Source of the DNA: Polyangiales bacterium
Lineage (GTDB): Bacteria; Myxococcota_A; Polyangia; Polyangiales; Ga0077539
Reading direction: 5' to 3'
NCBI GenBank assembly: GCA_044229975.1
Contig: JBGARZ010000005.1
Location: 480,001-544,000, forward strand
Length of the DNA stretch: 64,000 nucleotides
In this document: positions 62,618 through 64,000 of the stretch, piece by piece
Numbering within the stretch: the stretch's first letter is position 1
Layout of the letters: each line of letters starts with the position of its first letter
The notes under the pieces: model-generated
Databases searched by the model: none
Told to the model about the DNA's origin: nothing
The model's input: the letters and a program-made list of their open reading frames with translations, nothing else
Made by a program: the position numbers and the translations under genes

Positions 62618-63613
62618 CTACGCCTGGGCGCGCCGACGGGCCTCCGCGGGGGTGATCCCGTTCCACCCTCGGAACGCGCGGTAGAAGGAGTTCGGGTCTT
62701 CGTAGCCGAGCAGCCACGCGACCTCGGCGTCGGAGTAGACCGACCCGCGGAGGTACGCGAGCGCGTGCTGGTTGCGGACCGCGTCGAGCTCCGCGCGGAA
62801 GGTCGTCCCGTGTTCGGTGAGCATGCGCTGGAGCGACCGCGAGCTCAGCGCCAGGTCATGGGCCACCGACCGGACCGTCATCCGTCGGCCCCGCAGCCCC
62901 TCGGCGAGGGCGGCGCGCAGGCGCGTGAGCGGAGACTCCGTCGGCGTCTGGGCGCGGAGGTAGGGGTCGAGCGCCTGGAGCATCGACGGGTTGTGCGTGA
63001 GGAAGGGCCGGCGCGCGTCGTCCCCGCGGAAGGTCACCGCGTCGACCGCGGCCCCGAGGACGACGGGGCAGCGGAAGAAGTCCGCGTGCTGCGCGCCCGG
63101 TTCGAGTGAGGCCGCGCGGAGGCTCAGGCGCAGCGGGCTGAGCCCGAGCTCGCGGGTCGCGCGCCGCGCCACCTCGACGAGGAACGCGAGCTCGGCGTCG
63201 ACGAGGACCTGCGGCGGCTCCCCGTGCGCGGGGCTCCAGACGTACTCGAGCGTGAGCTCCGCGCCGTCGCGAGAGACGGCCAGCGCCTCCGGGCTCAGCA
63301 TGCGCTTGTAGCGGGCCACCGCGTCGACCGCCGCGCCGAGGTCGCGCGCGCAGAAGAGCGCGAGGAAGAGCGGCTCCGTGAGCTCGGCCCGCACGCGCTG
63401 GACGAGCCGGAGCCCGACGCTCGGGTCGCCGCTCACCGCACGGATCGCGCGCCAGAGGTCGAAGTACTGCGCCACCGGGAGGCGGACGACCGCCGCGTCG
63501 AAGAGCCGGGCCGGGAGTCCGGCCGTCGTCAGCACCGCCACGAGCGACACGCCGACCTCGGCGAGCGCCGCCGGCAGGCCGACCGGGACCCTCGACTCCA
63601 GCGGGCGGCTCAT
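62618..63613 (-). CDS. AraC-family regulator
   Basis: FFRCPV..GA, S.RSLQR.L...GTTF, LLGYEDPNSF.RAF..W.G.TP. Confidence 0.93.
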   Translation of the reverse strand: MSRPLESRVPVGLPAALAEVGVSLVAVLTTAGLPARLFDAAVVRLPVAQYFDLWRAIRAVSGDPSVGLRLVQRVRAELTEPLFLALFCARDLGAAVDAVARYKRMLSPEALAVSRDGAELTLEYVWSPAHGEPPQVLVDAELAFLVEVARRATRELGLSPLRLSLRAASLEPGAQHADFFRCPVVLGAAVDAVTFRGDDARRPFLTHNPSMLQALDPYLRAQTPTESPLTRLRAALAEGLRGRRMTVRSVAHDLALSSRSLQRMLTEHGTTFRAELDAVRNQHALAYLRGSVYSDAEVAWLLGYEDPNSFYRAFRGWNGITPAEARRRAQA

Positions 63614-63938
63614 GGCCCGCGGGAAGATACCGCGGCGTCCACTCGCGGCGCGCGCCACTCCGCTCGCCGGACGCGCCACCGCGAAGGCGACGGAGACGAC
63701 GAGCACCAGCAAGCACGCGGCCTGAGGCCGGGCCGCCGCGCCCACCCGCCGTGACCCGTTCAGACATGTGGCTGACAGCCACGCGGATCATGCACCCCGG
63801 ACCCGCGACAATCAGGCCCAACCTCGCACGGAGAGCTGATAGCGTGGCGGGCGACACGGCCGAGGTGTCTTCGACGCGCAGGTGTTCTGCGGGTGTCGGC
63901 GGCGTCGTCAAATCCTGTTTTGGGAGGAGTGTGGTTCG

Positions 63939-64000
63939 ATGAAAAGAAGAATCTTGAGCTGGGGAGCGGCGCTGGCCGGGACGCTCCTGGTGCTGCCGGG
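63939..64000 (+). CDS. N-terminus (signal peptide) of a gene running off the right edge
   Basis: GGGAGGAG RBS; MKRRILSWGAALAGTLLVLP. Confidence 0.6.
   Translation, partial: MKRRILSWGAALAGTLLVLP

Overview
Very GC-rich bacterial DNA with myxobacterial (Polyangiales-like) hallmarks, inferred from gene content: four Hanks-type Ser/Thr kinases, an FHA-sigma54 activator, a MYXO-CTERM protein, and vWA and Cys-rich repeat lipoproteins. About 55 CDS; no rRNA, tRNA, CRISPR array or transposase was recognised. Main points: (1) a MoxR-vWA-beta-propeller (bpX5/bpX6-type) conflict system whose AAA gene is separated from its partners by a ~4.1 kb islet carrying intact marR-aqpS-arsC-arsH arsenic genes and decayed passengers (tcmP, DUF5131, sigZ); (2) three related 229-250 bp intergenic inverted-repeat elements with compensatory changes in internal hairpins (REPIN/MITE-like); (3) at the left end, a trypsin-like protease plus an orphan protein between two kinases and a sigma54 activator, with an RBS-occluding RNA structure; (4) a second MoxR AAA / HExxH-vWA operon led by a small beta-rich protein. 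All family assignments come from motif recognition by eye, not database searches. Many starts were moved downstream of the ORF-track start.
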